A stretch of 53,538 bases of DNA from Basidiobolus meristosporus CBS 931.73 (GCA_002104905.1 MCFE01000606.1:1-53538); one strand, 5' to 3'; positions 32,653 through 46,711 are shown, counted from the first letter of the stretch. Made by a program: numbers and translations. The notes: generated by a model not told the origin, from the sequence alone.

Positions 32653-35600
32653 CTAAAACTGTGGCCTAGCTAGTGGATTTGTCAATATGTCTACCACCAT
32701 TTTGTCAGTTGGGCAGTAAACCAGCTCCACTAAGTTATTTTCTACAGCTTCCCTCACAACGTGATGCTGTATATCAATGCGCTTAGTTCTGGCATGATTA
32801 GTAGGATTTCTAGCTAATGAAATACAACTTTGATTATCCTTGTAAATACATGTTGGTTCACCTGAATTAAAACCTAAGTCTTTGAATAATTTTTGTAGCC
32901 ATATAGCCTCCTTAGTTGCTTGACATGCAGCCATATATTTGGCTTCAGTTGTAGATAGTGCCACAGTTGGTTGTTTCTTGCAATTCCATGTAATAGCTGC
33001 ATCAGCATAAAGAAATATATAGCCTTTGGTAGAGCATCTGTTAATCAGATCCCTACCCCAATCTGAATCACTATAATCATCAAATTTTTGCCTATTAGCT
33101 GCTCCAGAGTATTCCAGTACCATATTTATGGTACCTTGTAGATATCTGAAAATCCGCTTAACTGCTGTAATTTGATCTGATCCATAATTTTGCATGAATT
33201 GACTGACTATTCCAACTGCTATTGCAATATCTGGATGTGTAGACACCATCAAGTACATTAGGCTACCAACCATTGATTGATAGGGAAAGTTTTGGCCATA
33301 TTTGAGCTGTTTTCATCTATAACTGGCTGAGATATGCTTAATTTCAGGTTACTGTCCATAGGGGTTGCTGCAGGTTTGCAATTTTCCAGTTTGAACCATC
33401 TAAGAATGTCTCTGATGTACTTAGACTGATTCAGCACAATTTTTTGCGTAGGTATGTCAAATTTGACCTCAATTTCAAGAAAATAGCTCAATTTTCCAAG
33501 ATCTTTCATCTCAAACTTGCTGAAGAGATCTGATTTTGTCTATTTAAGTGCCTCTTGATCACTTGTAGCTATAATTAGGTTGTCCACATAAAGAACTAGG
33601 ATGATCACACCCTTTTTGAGCTGTTTCACATTTATACAGTGATCTGCAGTGCTACAAGAGAACCCAATTTCCTCTAGATATGTGTCAATCTTGTTATACC
33701 ATGCTCTGCATGCCTGCTTAAGCCCATACAACAGTTTTCTAAGTTTGCAAACCTTATGGGGGCCTTTTGGATTGGCCAAACCTTCTGGTTGCTCCATATA
33801 TATAGTTTCTTGCAAATCCCCATTTAGAAAGGCTGTTTTGACATCCATTTGGTGTAGATCTAAACTGTGTACAGCTGCCAGGGCTAGAACTGTCCTAATA
33901 GAGTTAAACTTGGCAACTGGAGCAAATGTTTCCTTAAAGTCTAGTCCCTGGATCTGGGAATAGCCTTTAGCTACCAATCTAGCCTTGTACTTATCAACAG
34001 CACCATTTGAGGTTATCTTGATCTTGTAGACCCATCTACTTCCTATTGCCTTCTCCCATTTGGTAAATATATCAGTTCCCCTGTTTTTGCATTGATCAGT
34101 AATTGGCACTCCTCCTGCATGGCTTGTTGCCACTTAGTAGCATCAGGACCTTGCATTGCCTGTTCCAGATTCTGAGGCTTGGCACATAAGGCAAAATAAG
34201 CTTCTTCATGATCATTGGATGTCTGCCACCAGGATCCAGGGGCATTTCTTATTCTGGTAGATCTCCTAACTGGGATAATCTGTTCTGTTCTGGAACTGGT
34301 AGAAGTATCTTCCATCTCGGGCTGGATTTGGTATATATCTTCTTCATTTGTGTTGATTGCATCATCAGGCAGCTGGCCAATGATTTCTGTGGCTTTCTGA
34401 TCTGAATCTCCTCAAATACAACGTCTCTGCTCTTGATCAGCTTCTGAATTTTGCCATCATACACTCTATACCCTTTGGTATCTTAACAATGCCCAAGAAA
34501 GATCCCTTTCCTACTCTTTGGTTCCAACTTTGAGTGTTTTTTGTCAGGGATGTGATAAAAAACATCACTGCCAAAGATTGTGAGGTGCTGGAGATCTGGT
34601 TATTGCCTGCATATGCTTTAAAAGCTGTAGAGTCATGTAGTGCTGCTGTTGGGCATCTGTTCTTGATGTATACAGCGGTAGCAACAGATTCAGCCCAAAA
34701 CCTGTAGTCCATTCCCTTATCATGTAGCATAGATCTTCCCATCTCTACTATTGTTCTGTTTGCATGTTCTGCTACTCCATTTTGCTGTGAAATATGAGGA
34801 ATTGTGGTCTGTTGAAGTATACCAGTAGACAAGCAGTATTTTGCAAACTCCTTGGAGCAGTATTCTCCTCCATTGTCACTTTGTAGTACCTTCAGTTTAC
34901 ACCCAGTTTGTGTTTCTGCCATGTTCTTGAAGTGCTTAAATGTCTCTAAAGCTTCATCCTTTGTTTTGAGGAGGTACACTCATGTATATCTAGTCTTGTC
35001 ATCAATAAACGTCATAAAGTATCTCTTGGCTCCAAAGGACAGTGTTCTCATGGGGCCACATATGTCTGAGTGTACAATAGCCAATATTTCAGTGGTATTG
35101 ATGCCTTCTGAGCTCTTGAAACATTGCCTAGCTTGTTTGCCATATGAACATCCCTTACAAACATTAAATTTGATCAGAATTGAGTATTTTAGGCCCAAAA
35201 TAAGCTGATTTTTCACTAATTGGCTCATTTTCTGTTCCCCTTTGTGTCTTAGCCTCCTATGCCACATCTCCCAGTTGGTTTCATCAGTTTCAGCAATGTT
35301 GACATACTCAGGTACAATGATCTTGCATTGTAACTTGTATATATTGTGATCTCTGATTCCCAAAGCTAATTTTTGTCCATTCTCACTCAATATTGAGCAG
35401 CTCAGCTTAGTAACAACAAATTTCAGTCTCTGAGTAGTTGCTTTACTGACTGAGAGTAGGTTCTTAGCTATTCCAGGTACATAAAGTATGTCAGTCAGTT
35501 TTGCCATTGTTGCCCCTGAGTTATCACTCATATTTAGTTGTATAGACCCACTGGCGGTAGCTTCCAAGGCAGAGTTATCTCCCTGATAAACCTTTCTTAC

Positions 35601-36512
35601 AGGAATAGTCTTTAAGTTGCTGAACCAATCCTTTATACCACAAATATGCTGTGATACTCCAGAGTCAATATACCATTCATTACATTGGTTACTTGCACTC
35701 TCTTGTTCAGTTACAAATAACTGTTCATCAGTAGTTATATGGTTTGCCTGCTCTAGTTTCTGTTTTTTGTCTGCTTGTTTCTTCTTGCATTCTCTTGCCC
35801 AGTGTCCTGGCTTCTTACAGTAGTTACAGCAGCCTGGTTTTCTTTGGTTTGGTTGCTTTCCCTTCTTTTCTGTATGCCTTTCTGAACTGAATAAAGCATT
35901 ATCTTTGATTTTCTCTGCTTGATCATTATGTCTGAGTTCTACATGGAGAAGTCTTCCTTTGACATAGTCTAAAGTCAAGTTGTCTTCTCTGCTTTCAAAA
36001 GAAAGTATGAGTGGCTCATACTTGTCTGGTAGGCTGCAAAGCAGACAGAGTATCTTTTCTTCATAATCTACACCAGCATTAATTCTGTAAAGTTCTTCTG
36101 CAAGTGTCTCCATTCTGGTAATGAGTTGTAGCATGTCATCATCTGGCTTCTTCCTCATGTTGAAGAACTTTTGTTTCAAATAAAGCTTGCTTGATACTGA
36201 CTTTGCTCTAAAGATCTTCTCTAAGGATTCCCATGCTACGTTGGCAGTATTTGAGGCATGGATTTGTCCAATGAAGGAGTCTTGCACATTGATGCATATG
36301 GCATTGAAGGCCCTTCTCTCCTTCTCTTGAAACTTCTCCACAACTTCTGCTGTTCCTTTGGGCTCAACTTCCTTTCCTGTTACTATGTTCCAAGGCTTTC
36401 TTTCCTCAAGGTGGATCTGCATCTTGATTCTCCAAAGTCTGTAGTTCTTCCCATCAAACCTCTCTTTTACAGGGAAGATGTTGGTATTGCTTTGTTTGCT
36501 GGTAGAAGTCAT
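32653..36512 (-). pseudogene. Copia Gag-Pol polyprotein with stops and frameshifts
   Basis: CNYCKKPGHWAREC, WYIDSGVS, WHRRLRH, HSDICGP, SDNGGEY, YKARLVAKG, MDVKTAFLNG, LYVDNL, YSDSDW, STTEAKY. First break is TGA at 34980 (W codon). Confidence 0.93.
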
Positions 36513-36535
36513 CTTTAGAATAGATTAAGGCAATT

Positions 36536-36548
36536 GGGGCTCATAACC
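36536..36548 (-). promoter_or_regulatory. Copia primer-binding site complementary to the anticodon arm of tRNA-iMet
   Basis: GGTTATGAGCCCC directly after the 5' LTR. Its complement GGGCTCATAACC matches the yeast iMet anticodon arm as I recall it. Confidence 0.82.
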
Positions 36549-36917
36549 TGTTGCAATTCAAGAAGTGATTTGGATATAAGGAACTTATCAAGAAATAGTG
36601 ATAATAGTTGAACCGTTGTTTATTCATAAAGAAGCTCAGTATTTATACCTTTGTAGAAGTACTACAGCTGCAACACTAAGTAGGGAGGGTTTCTCAATAT
36701 TCAGGAGCATTCTGTAACAGTTTCAGGGTTAGTACATAATGTTTGGTAATAGTGCTAATTTGACCTTGACTATAGGGGAATAATCATAAGATCATATATC
36801 TGGAGAAAGTGGCAAAGTTAAGGCAGAAAATGAGTCCTACAGTGACTAAGACTAGGCTAGAATTGTTAAGTAAATTTTTAGCTGCTGAATTATACCAAAT
36901 AGTCCAATATTTCAACA

Positions 36918-37405
36918 GATTTCCTATTGATTAATTGAACTTGTGAGTAGGTCAGCAATAAAATTACCAAGCCATTGCTTGCAGATAAATTTTGCAACAT
37001 AATGGAGGTATACATGGCAATTGATGAACCATCATATTATCAGCTGAAATTCTAGTTTCTTGGGACTACCACAGCTGATATCTCAGGTACTAGCTATTGA
37101 GTTAACAAGCAAAAGTATTTTCCAGAAGGAGACTAGGACAACTGGCATCTGTGCTAAGTTTGTTTGCTAACTGACCACTACTTCATCAAGAATTGCAACT
37201 GAAAATTGGATCAAAAAACACCTTATGATGTCAGGAAAATACCATCTGTATACCTGCAAAAAAATGGATGAAATCCATTAGCAACTTCACCCTACTGCTG
37301 GCATCATGGTAGAGGTTTAACCCCAGATAGTGCCATAAAGCACCAGATTAATCTGGCACTGTAAACATGCTGGTACTCTATGGCACTGTCCAGTAGAACA
37401 AGTCT
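36918..37405 (+). mobile_element. Old internally deleted PHIS copy 4 (right TIR retained; ~28 bp more at 32208-32235)
   Basis: Similar to 8964-9070 and 10125-10236. Ends AGAACAAGTCT, followed by ATT. Split by the copia insertion. Confidence 0.8.
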
Positions 37406-37489
37406 ATTTGTTATCTTCATATTTGTGGCTTAGTACTTCACCAACTGCATAATCTGAAGGATCTATGTGAAGTATGAGCTCCTTGGCAA

Positions 37490-37890
37490 AGTCAGTTACT
37501 CCTAAGCCTGGCAGCTAGGCAAGCTCATTCTTGAGTGGCTAAAAGGCAGTCTCACAGTAATATGTCCCTGGAAGAACTCACTCCTTGCTAGCTTGACATT
37601 TAGCTTGTTCTCACTTAGCTTCTTTGAGACTTCTCTAATGTGCAACAAGTGGTCCTCCTCTGTCTTGAAGTATATCAATATTGCATCCAGGTAGATTACT
37701 ACACACCTGTCTAGGTACTCATGGAATATGGTTTGCATCAAGGTCAATAATATTGCAGGCTCATGACTGAGTACTCATGGTGCCCATGTCAGTCTCTGAA
37801 TGTACTGTGAGGATATTTTCTGCTTACACCCTAATCTGGTTTTATCATGACATTAAGTCATTCTTGCTGAATATGAAGGCTCCATTTAGT
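37490..37890 (-). pseudogene. Old G1-like RT fragment
   Basis: [37 protein letters not shown]. Confidence 0.8.
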
Positions 37891-38559
37891 TGGCCTTGGT
37901 TTGGTTCTGCAGGTGGATCCAATCCAGATTAATAGTGAAAATCATGCAGTGATGCTCTCATATTGCTGGCTGCTTGATTGTTGGCCCTGCTTACAATGTT
38001 AAAATGGAGTTGTGAAAGTGCTTTGCTGTTTCTATTGATGTACAGGTAAGTACACCTGATGGTGTTTTGGCAGTTATTCAACAGGATTTGTAGAGCATTC
38101 AGAAAGTCTTATTGCAGTGTACACTTTTGTTGTGGAATCAACCAGCTAGTACATGCAAATACTGTATATGGAAAGAACCTGATAGTATCTAAACAACCTT
38201 AAAGTGGATGGCTGTTATAATGGTAGTATGAAGGCCAACAACTAATATTCTGTAATGCCACTGTACTAACTTACCAAGTGTTAGTTCCTTTTGCTACCTT
38301 CCCTAGTACAGTTTGTTTGTTCCATTGCAGAATCACCCCAAATTATTAGCTTACCCATCACTACTATAGGCTGTCAATAAGTTATTTGAATCAAAGAACT
38401 CTATGGCTGCCTACTTACCAACTTCAACCTAAATGCACATGTACTGCAATTGACATACTTCTCTCACCTCAACTCTATGGCATTTCAGTGTGATACTTAC
38501 AAAGTTGCCATCTGCCATGTATTGCTGCTAATATGTACATATTACCTATGTAAAATTAA

Positions 38560-40910
38560 TGTGATGGTCCTGTCAAAAGGGCAGCAAAGACTCCAAGTTG
38601 TATGACTAAGAGGTATTGGTCCCATCAGGACACCATGCAAAGACTCTCAAGAAACAATTGCACTCTAGATTTCACAAAAAAATTAGTCAAAATTCCTCAT
38701 TACAACAATACAAGAGTGGCTTTTTGTTGGTTAGCTGCCAATTTTCTGACTTCCTGGTCAAGGACACTCTATTGCCAACATTTTTCCTTTTTTTGGCTAT
38801 TGGCTCTTTTTCACACTCCCAACTTCCTGACTCAACCATTTCTCTTACTTTTCATACTTACAGAATAGTTAATTTCCATTGAGACTTTGGTTTTATCTCA
38901 ATTGCCAATTGTATTAACCCATACTATTCCCAATTCCCTACACTAACATGAGGCCCAACCCCACACTCAACAAATAATTCCTTTAAAATTCACATACCTA
39001 TATGTATTTCTGTTGTATTGCTCTCTTTCCATGACTTAGGTGGGAACCCAACAGCATTATACCACTGCTTGTTTGCTGGCTACCATACAACCAGTCTTCA
39101 TCTGCCACTGAAAGGTCTAGCACCTCATCTGCCAGTCTTTGTACTAAATCCTTGCCATGTTCAAATGCATTTTCTTGAGCACTGCTCTTGAAGACGTGCT
39201 GTAACATCTTGGCTTGTCTATTGATGTAAGAAAATCCCACTGAAGGCATTTTGATAAACTTTAGAGTTCTTAATGTTGTTACTCTGCCTGTCAGTGGGAT
39301 CTCCACTCTGTCAACAATGGAGGATGTGGAGGCTGTGGTGGACAAATTACCTTTTTCAGCAAACTCATCTACCTAACTGGAGTGTAGCTCAACTAGCTGT
39401 CCTTCAAACACTTGTTAAAGCAGCTATTTTCTTGTTCGTAATTCTTCTAGGCTACAATGGGATTCAGTCTGTTCCTTCCATACGGTATTATTTGACAAGA
39501 ACTGCAGCTTTTTCTCATGCTTCCTTGTCTCTGGCTTAGGTAGACTTTTTCCCATACCTTTTCCTTTATCACTGCCAGGTCTTTCACTGCTACTATGTCT
39601 GTATGCTTCTTGTATTGAACTATGATTTCTCCTTGATAAGTACTGTGGTGATGCATCTGTATTGGCCTGCTTGTCCCTTGCTGGCACTCTGCAGGCAACC
39701 TGATGCTTCTTTCCCACTAGCTTTGAGCTCTCAGCCTATGCTATGACAGGCTCCTGAGGTAGTCACCGTTTTTATCAGTGCCAGGTCCTTCATTGCTACT
39801 TTGATTGAATGCTTCTTGAGTAAAACCATGCTTTTTCCTTGGTAAGTGTTTTGCTGGTGCATCTGTGTCTACCTGCTTTTCCCTTATCAGCACTCTTCCA
39901 GCAACCTGATGTCTCTTTGACGCTTGTTTGGAGCTTTTAGCACTACTTGTAATGGGCTCTTGAGGAAGCCATTGATTTTTAGCCATAGCCCCCTTGCTCT
40001 TCTGCCTTTGATAGTTTCTACTGTTCTTGAGATACTTTCTTAGCATACCACTGCTGGATCAAAAATCAGTTTGCTTGTTTGAATCTAGGATAGTGCTCAT
40101 TGAACAAGTCAAGTTCATTCTGATTAGCCTTCAGTTCCTGATGGTCCCATGGTATGCTGGCCCTTAGCTGTTGATATGCTAGACTTCAAACAGTCTCTTG
40201 AGTATTAGTCCACTCTTCATTATCACACTGAATGGCATAAGAGATCTTCAATGTCACTTCATTTTTAGGCTCTGATACAAACACTAAATTTTCTCCCTGC
40301 CATGCTGTGATAGGTTTCTCTGTATGCTTTATCTTTTGGAACTGTTGTTGTGCTTCAAAGACTGTATGGTGTTCTTCTACTTTTACTTCAGGAAATGGTT
40401 TATTTCCTTGCTGTGGCATTGAGCTACTTGAGTTCCATCTTTGCAGCAAAGATACTGCCTTCTCTACCTGAGATATTGATTGCTTTAGTGTATTATCTGG
40501 TCATCCTGCTTCTGGACTATTTCCTGGTTTCTCTGGGCAATTGCATCTATCCTATCAGCCACTGCACCTATTTGCCTCACTGATGCTGTGGTATGGGATG
40601 ACAACATACTTGCAAATACAGGTGGTGGTCATGTTGCAATGACCACTTGCTGGTCTTCAACTGAGGTACTGCTTTTGCTACATTCTTGTCTACCTCAGCA
40701 ATATGGTCAGCTTGCACCCCCACAGAGATTCCCAGTTGCTTATATGACTGAGAGCCTGAGGAGTCCAGATTGTTACCTTCAGTGTGCACTCTTTTGACAA
40801 GGCCATTTTTGGTTGTACACTCTGGCTCTTGTTTGCAAGAGTTCTGTGTTGACCTGTGTAGAAATTGGCCTGTGCCTAGAAGAAACCCAATATACATTGG
40901 TAAAGCTGTC
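38560..40910 (-). pseudogene. CACTA-like ORF2 copy plus 3' flank
   Basis: MLRKYLKNSRNYQRQK, two internal repeats and IVDRVEIPLT..LADEVLDL. Reverse complement of 26300-28820. Confidence 0.78.
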
Positions 40911-40959
40911 ATAAGAGGATTTAGCTACATGTTGTGGCCAATATAACATTGTGTTAGTT

Positions 40960-42214
40960 AGCTGATCACCCACAATTTGGGGCTGCTTAGTCTTGTAATG
41001 TCAAGGACATAGCTGTCTCCATAGATACATCTGTCCTGAGTATTTTCCAACTCTCCTTGGCTGTCCTCCATGTGACAACTCCACACATCCATGATAGACT
41101 CAAAGGTAATAATCTTGATGAAGTTGGGACTTGATAGTACTTTTAACTTGACTAGTTTTCCTATTTGCCCACACATCTGCACCACTGGAAACTCCCAAAA
41201 GGTGAAGCAAGATTCAATAATCTCCACCCACCAAGCAAGATGGAGTGGACATAATGGATGCAGTAGGAGCAGAGATCTACACACTCAGCTTTATGCTTGT
41301 ATTATGTATGCTCAAATTCCAATGCAAACTCCAGACATAAAAGCTATCAATGCATCAAGTTGCTCCACTTCTGAGTAGATATTCCCTCAATCTCCACATG
41401 TGACTCCCAATGCTTTCAATGTACTCTGGGTAGGTTTTGCCTCTGATGGTGATTTGCATAAACATGCACTGAGTGCATCCAATCCTTGCATTTGTATTGT
41501 TACATATGCATATGGATATTGAGTGGAGCTTGCAAGAAATATTTCAGGTATTGAATACTCTCCAATATCTTGCCAATTCTTTATATTTCTCCAGTCTCTT
41601 AAAGGGTTCATTTAGCTTCAAATGCCCCATGTGCAACTTGGTCATTAGTATAGAGATACTATTGAAGAGCACACACATTGTGGCCTATGGAAAGCACTTG
41701 CTTCAACAGATTCCCTGTATCACATTATTGCATCATTCAACAGCAAATGGAGTACTGGGTTCATGTGACTCCACAAAGTATCCTTGGCATTTTCTTCCAT
41801 GTGAATTGTTGCATTGCATATGGGAAGTTAGCTGGGTTCATGCAGGGTAATGCTGTCAGTGTAGATAGGCTCATAATCCATTAGTGAGTCTTCTTTGGAG
41901 CTATCTCTCTGCAGGCAATATATAATAGGTTGAGGTGTGGCAAAAGGCATCACAAATGCACCCAAATTGGCTTGAGCAAGGTGATAAGTATGGCTGGGTG
42001 CCTTTATACAAGTATCAGATGGCCAGTAAATTATTGTTGGAGCAGTAGTGACTGATAAATGTTCAAGTATGACTTGTGTGTCAAAACACTGGCTGTCATT
42101 ATTGTAATACATCCTATGCCATCTGCATGCTTCATGGCTGAGAGGCCTGCTACAATAGCCACATGCTAGCCATTGCCTTCTCTTAAGGTATTGAGTCAAA
42201 GTAGTCTTGTCCAT
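40960..42214 (-). pseudogene. CACTA-like transposase with the catalytic core deleted (N- and C-terminal parts joined)
   Basis: MDKTTLTQYLKRRQWLACGYCSRPLSHEACRWH at the N-terminus. FTFWEFPVVQMCGQIGKLVK resembles the tnp2 C-terminal W.FP.ER.CG motif. Confidence 0.7.
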
Positions 42215-42353
42215 GGGGTATATCACAGACATGCATCTGAGACATTGCACCTACATTAATGTAAGATTTAGTGATGACTCATACAGCTTTGGTATCACAT
42301 ACACATGTATATGCAACACTATTTCCCACTTGGTTTGACTCACCTCCACATAT

Positions 42354-44100
42354 ATGCTGCCAAAAAATACCGCAATATTGTCTGGTTCCCAATCATACCA
42401 CACTGCTGGCAACAGCAGAAGAATGGATGTACAACTGCTTGCTCTGGCATTCAGTGCAACGTGCAGGGCTACTTCCAAAAGAGGTCAGTCTACCTTCTAA
42501 AGGTAATAGTGCTGACTCCTCTGGCTCTCAGTCCTGTAGGAAACAGAAAATCTCTGCTGAGCAACAGTCTGATCATTAATGCTCAAATAAGTGCAAATGC
42601 AGCAATTGCAGTACCTTTGGTAGAAGACCAGCAAATGACCATCACAACATCACCACCACCAATATTAGTAAGTATTGTGTCAGTACATGTCAAAGCATTA
42701 ATGAGGTTAGTTATGTGCACTGGCTAATGGGATTGTTTCAGTGGCTCAGAGAAACAAGGAAATAATCCAGACACAGAAAGAGTGGATAATCAATGTAGAG
42801 CAATCAATATTTCAGGCAGAGAATACAGAATCTGGATAACAAAGAAAGATATCAGGTAGCTCAATGTTGGAGCCAGGATTTGAGCCATTTCCTGACTCAC
42901 CTGTAGAGGATCATCATACAGTCTTTGAAGCAAAACAACAGTGCTCAGAGATAAAGCTCACAGAAATATATATGACACCATGGGAGGCAGAGACTGTGCT
43001 CTTTATAGCCAATCCTAAAAATCAGAAGACATTGAAAATCTGTGAAGCCTTGGAATGTGATGCCAAAGTGTATGTGCATATTTATGAAGCTGCTAGAAGT
43101 CTAGCCTGGCATCACCTTTAGGATGACAAACCTTGGGACCATCAGAAACTCAAAACTCAGGAACAATAAGCTTGATCTGTGTCATGAGCACTATCCTGGA
43201 TTCAAGCATGCAAATAGATTTAGTGCCAGTGTTAGTAAACTGAGAAAGTATCTCAAGCATAGCAGAGACCAACATAGACAGAAAACCCAGGGTGCCACAG
43301 CAAAAAACCAGTGGCTTCTTCAAGAGCTTGCCACAAGCAGGGCTGAAAACTCCAAACAACTAGCAACAAAACATCAGGCAGCCAGAGCTGTATCTGCAAG
43401 GGACTAGCAGGCAGAAACAGATGTATCCGTGCTACATACATTAAGGAAAGAATATAGCTCAATACAACAAACACTACCTCAAAGTAGCAGTGAAGTAACT
43501 GGCTGTGATAAAACCTGTGGCTTTCTCATGAGCCCATCACAAGTCAAGCTGCAAGCTCAAATCAATAGGCAAAGATGCATCAGGTTGCCAGTAGAGAGCC
43601 AGTAAGAGACAAGAAGGCAATTATTGATGCACCAATGCAGCATTCATCTAACAGATGACCTAGTACAACACAAGAAGCATTTGGTCAAAGTAGCAGCATA
43701 AGACTTGGCAGTGATAAGGGTAAAAGTCAAAAGAAAAAAGTTCACCCAAGCTGGAGACTGGGAAGCATGAGCAAAATGTTGCAGTTCATATCAATTATCT
43801 CTATTTGCCCAGAGCATGCTGAGTCCTAAACTAGTCAAGATGAAAAACTAACAAGAAAACTGCTGCTTTCACAAGAGTCTGACATTCAGCCAGTTTAGCT
43901 GCACTCCAGTGAGGTAGTCAAGCTTGCAGAGATGGAAATTTGTCTGCCATTGCCTTCACATCCCCTACTGTTGACAGAATGGAGTTCCCACTGACAGATA
44001 AAGCAACAATATCAGGAACCCAAAAGACTATCACAATGCGTACAATGGAGTTCTGGAATATAGATACGTATACCAAAAGTCTGCAGCTCATCTTCACAAG
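42354..44100 (+). pseudogene. CACTA-like ORF2 copy, 3'-truncated
   Basis: LDLCHEHYPGFKHANRFSASVSKLRKYLKHSR and two internal repeats. Confidence 0.75.
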
Positions 44101-44485
44101 TAGTGCTTGACAAAAAGGAATTAAATACTGCCATAATTTTTGGCAAAGACTGGCAGGTGAAGAATTGTGTTGTATTACAATTAGTTTGGGGCTTTTTCTA
44201 CAATGTAGAGGCTAGTCAACAATATACAACAACTTCCAGTATGCTAATACTGAAATCGTTTATTGGGAGTTTGATGTACCAACAGAAGATATAACTTTCA
44301 CTAATATCCTCAATCTTAGGCTCAAAATATACTATAGGCGGTGATTCTCACTTCTACAACAGTGTTCTGATCTTCTGTCACCTATTGGGCTTACTTTCTT
44401 TTTTAGTAACTTCTCCTTATTTAGAAGTCACTTTTCTTTCTGAGAAAATATTTCCTAATATGGAAATTCTAAACTCCCCTTTAAT

Positions 44486-44694
44486 CTAAAGGGGGGTTGT
44501 AGAAGTCTCTAAAGGGGTCTTTGGACCTAAAGGGGTCTATAAAGGGATGTCTTTAGAGTAAGGGGGTTTCTTGTAGTGGTCTCTAAAGTGGACTTTACAC
44601 TAAAGGGGTGCCTAAAGGGGCTTCTTTAGAGTAGAGAGGCTTCTTAAAGGGGTCTCTAAAGGGGTCTTTAGACTAAAGGGGTTTCTTAGAGGGG
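44486..44694. repeat. Degenerate TAAAGGGG array (~12 units; three higher-order ~73-bp units)
   Basis: GTCTCTAAAG recurs at 44505, 44579 and 44652. Multiple GGGG runs. Confidence 0.85.
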
Positions 44695-45439
44695 ACTGTT
44701 CCAACAGAAAAGTGGTAGTTTTCTTGTAGAACTTAGATTGGATTCTTGTGAGCTTTGCAGTCTCTTTACTGATGTAGTACCAATCAAAGTCAGAATACTC
44801 AACAGTGCAAGTGATGCAGGGGAAGTTTTATAACCTTTAAACTTGTAATTGTAGTATGGAGATTCTGTAAAAAGAAGCTGTCTTTTACTTTTCAGCTGGG
44901 GAAGTCATATATATGAAAATTCTGAAGGATCAAAGATTTTGGGCAATTGTGCAAGCAATACACATGATACAAAGCTAAAATTTTGCAGTGGAACAGTTCA
45001 GACATAGACGCAGCACCTGTGAGAATATCATATAATTTGATTGGCTGCTTCAAAAGTTACATGTGGTCCAAGTTCCCATAGTAATCCTAGCTATAGAGGC
45101 CCAATATATATAATGGACTCTTTTGGTCATAACTCCTCAAGTACTGTTTCAAATGTGCTGTAATTTGAAACATATGTTGACTACTGAGTGTACTGCATGA
45201 CATAGTATTCTTGGGTAGATTTTGTGTCAGGGTCTGGAGTATTTTTTCTTTGAAGTTAGAAATTCTTGATCTTTCACATGTGTTTTACAGTAGCAAAATG
45301 CAAAATAAGGAAATGAGAGCAATATTGGTTTTGAGACATTGTAGTAATGGAATACTTTCCATTACCACAAGTCTCCCCTAACTTTGAGAAATAATGCCCT
45401 CATTATTACTTCTGTTATGGAACTTCTTCAATCTGTCAC

Positions 45440-46710
45440 CAGGTTGTGCCAGTGCAAGTGGTGCACCATCAAGTTCTGCTAATTTGTAAGATCCATTTTT
45501 GTTTGCATGTATGTTCTTGTAGGGACCTTGCCATTGCATATCCAGCTTGGATGCCTTGTTTCTCTGGCTCTTGGTTTTGTGAAGCAGTATCTATTCACCT
45601 CCTTCTAACAATATTTTTCTTAGGCATTTTCAAGCATCAAAGTACTCCTTGCCAGCCATTCTGGATTTCTTCAGGTTTTCTGTTACATTCTTTTGCAGAG
45701 TATGAGCTTGTTGAATCTGTTGTACTCTTGCTAACAATAGCTCTGATGTTGTCATGGTTGGTTTCCACAGGAGGGTAAGCCAATTCTCAAAAGATATGTC
45801 TATTGGCAAAACTGCCTTATGTCCATATATTAAAAAAATGGTGTATACCCTGTACTTCTTTAACCATAACTCTATCTGCCCAAATTGCTGCATGAAAGTT
45901 TTTTGCCCACTTGCTGTGTTCTCCACAGCTAAGCTTTGCTTAGGTGTTTGCAAAAGCAGAATATCCATGTTCAGCTGGTGAAATTGCTTGTGGGTGATAT
46001 GGTGCAATATATATAGGCTTGGTTCCATACCTTGTTGCCAGTGCTTGTATTTCATAAGATCCACATTCTCTACTGTCTCCAATAAGGGTGCCAACTGAGC
46101 CATGTCTGAGATACACATCTTCTTTAAGAAATCTTGCTACTGCTTTTTCATTGGCTTTTTTCAGCATTCTAGCCTCTATTCAGCCAGTAAAGTTATCACA
46201 ACAGTCCACTACATACTTATATCCTGCAGTTGCTCTTGGCAAATGTATAATATCAACATATGCAATTTGCCAAGCATAAGACGTGTTTATACTATGAAGT
46301 AGTTCATGCACCTTTTGGTTGTCTCTTCTTTGGCATGGAATACATGATTTCACATTTTCTTTTGTGTTGGTGTATAGAATTGGCCAAAAATACCATAAGG
46401 AGATTTTTGCATATGTTGATGTAATTCTCTTGTGACCTCCTGATTCAGAATCATGCAATTCTTGAATGATCTCCTCTTGATCATGCTTGTCATATATATA
46501 CTGTCAAGCAACTCCATGTTTGCTTTTTCTGAAAAGTGTGCAGTCATGCAGTATAAACTTCAAGGCCTTATTTTTAAATTTGTGCATTGATTTGTGGGCA
46601 TATCAGCAAGAACTTTGAATGATGTAAGAAATTCCTTGATTTGTTGATAATTGCTTTGCATCATATGTCTCAATGAGAATCCAAGACTTCTGTTTTCAAG
46701 AAACTTGTAC
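45440..46710 (-). pseudogene. Ty3/gypsy integrase remnant
   Basis: HDSESGGH..YFWP..CIPCQ, YVDIIHLP, LIGDSRE, IAPYHPQA. Frameshifted. Confidence 0.85.
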
Positions 46711-46711
46711 C

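Larger units (their letters stand above)
32236..36917 (-). mobile_element. Full-length Ty1/copia element, decayed
   Basis: 369-bp LTRs at 32236-32604 and 36549-36917, TSD GATTT, PBS GGTTATGAGCCCC, PPT AGGGGGAG. Domain order gag-PR-IN-RT-RH. Confidence 0.96.

Noticed and set aside
37900-38560. Unassigned AT-rich stretch (also 44100-44480 and 44830-45440)
   Set aside because: No ORF, repeat or terminal motif that I can support. Probably old TE debris.
44486-44694. Telomeric repeat or CRISPR array
   Set aside because: Units are degenerate with irregular spacing, there are no unique equal-length spacers or cas genes, and the array is interstitial with a motif that is not TTAGGG.
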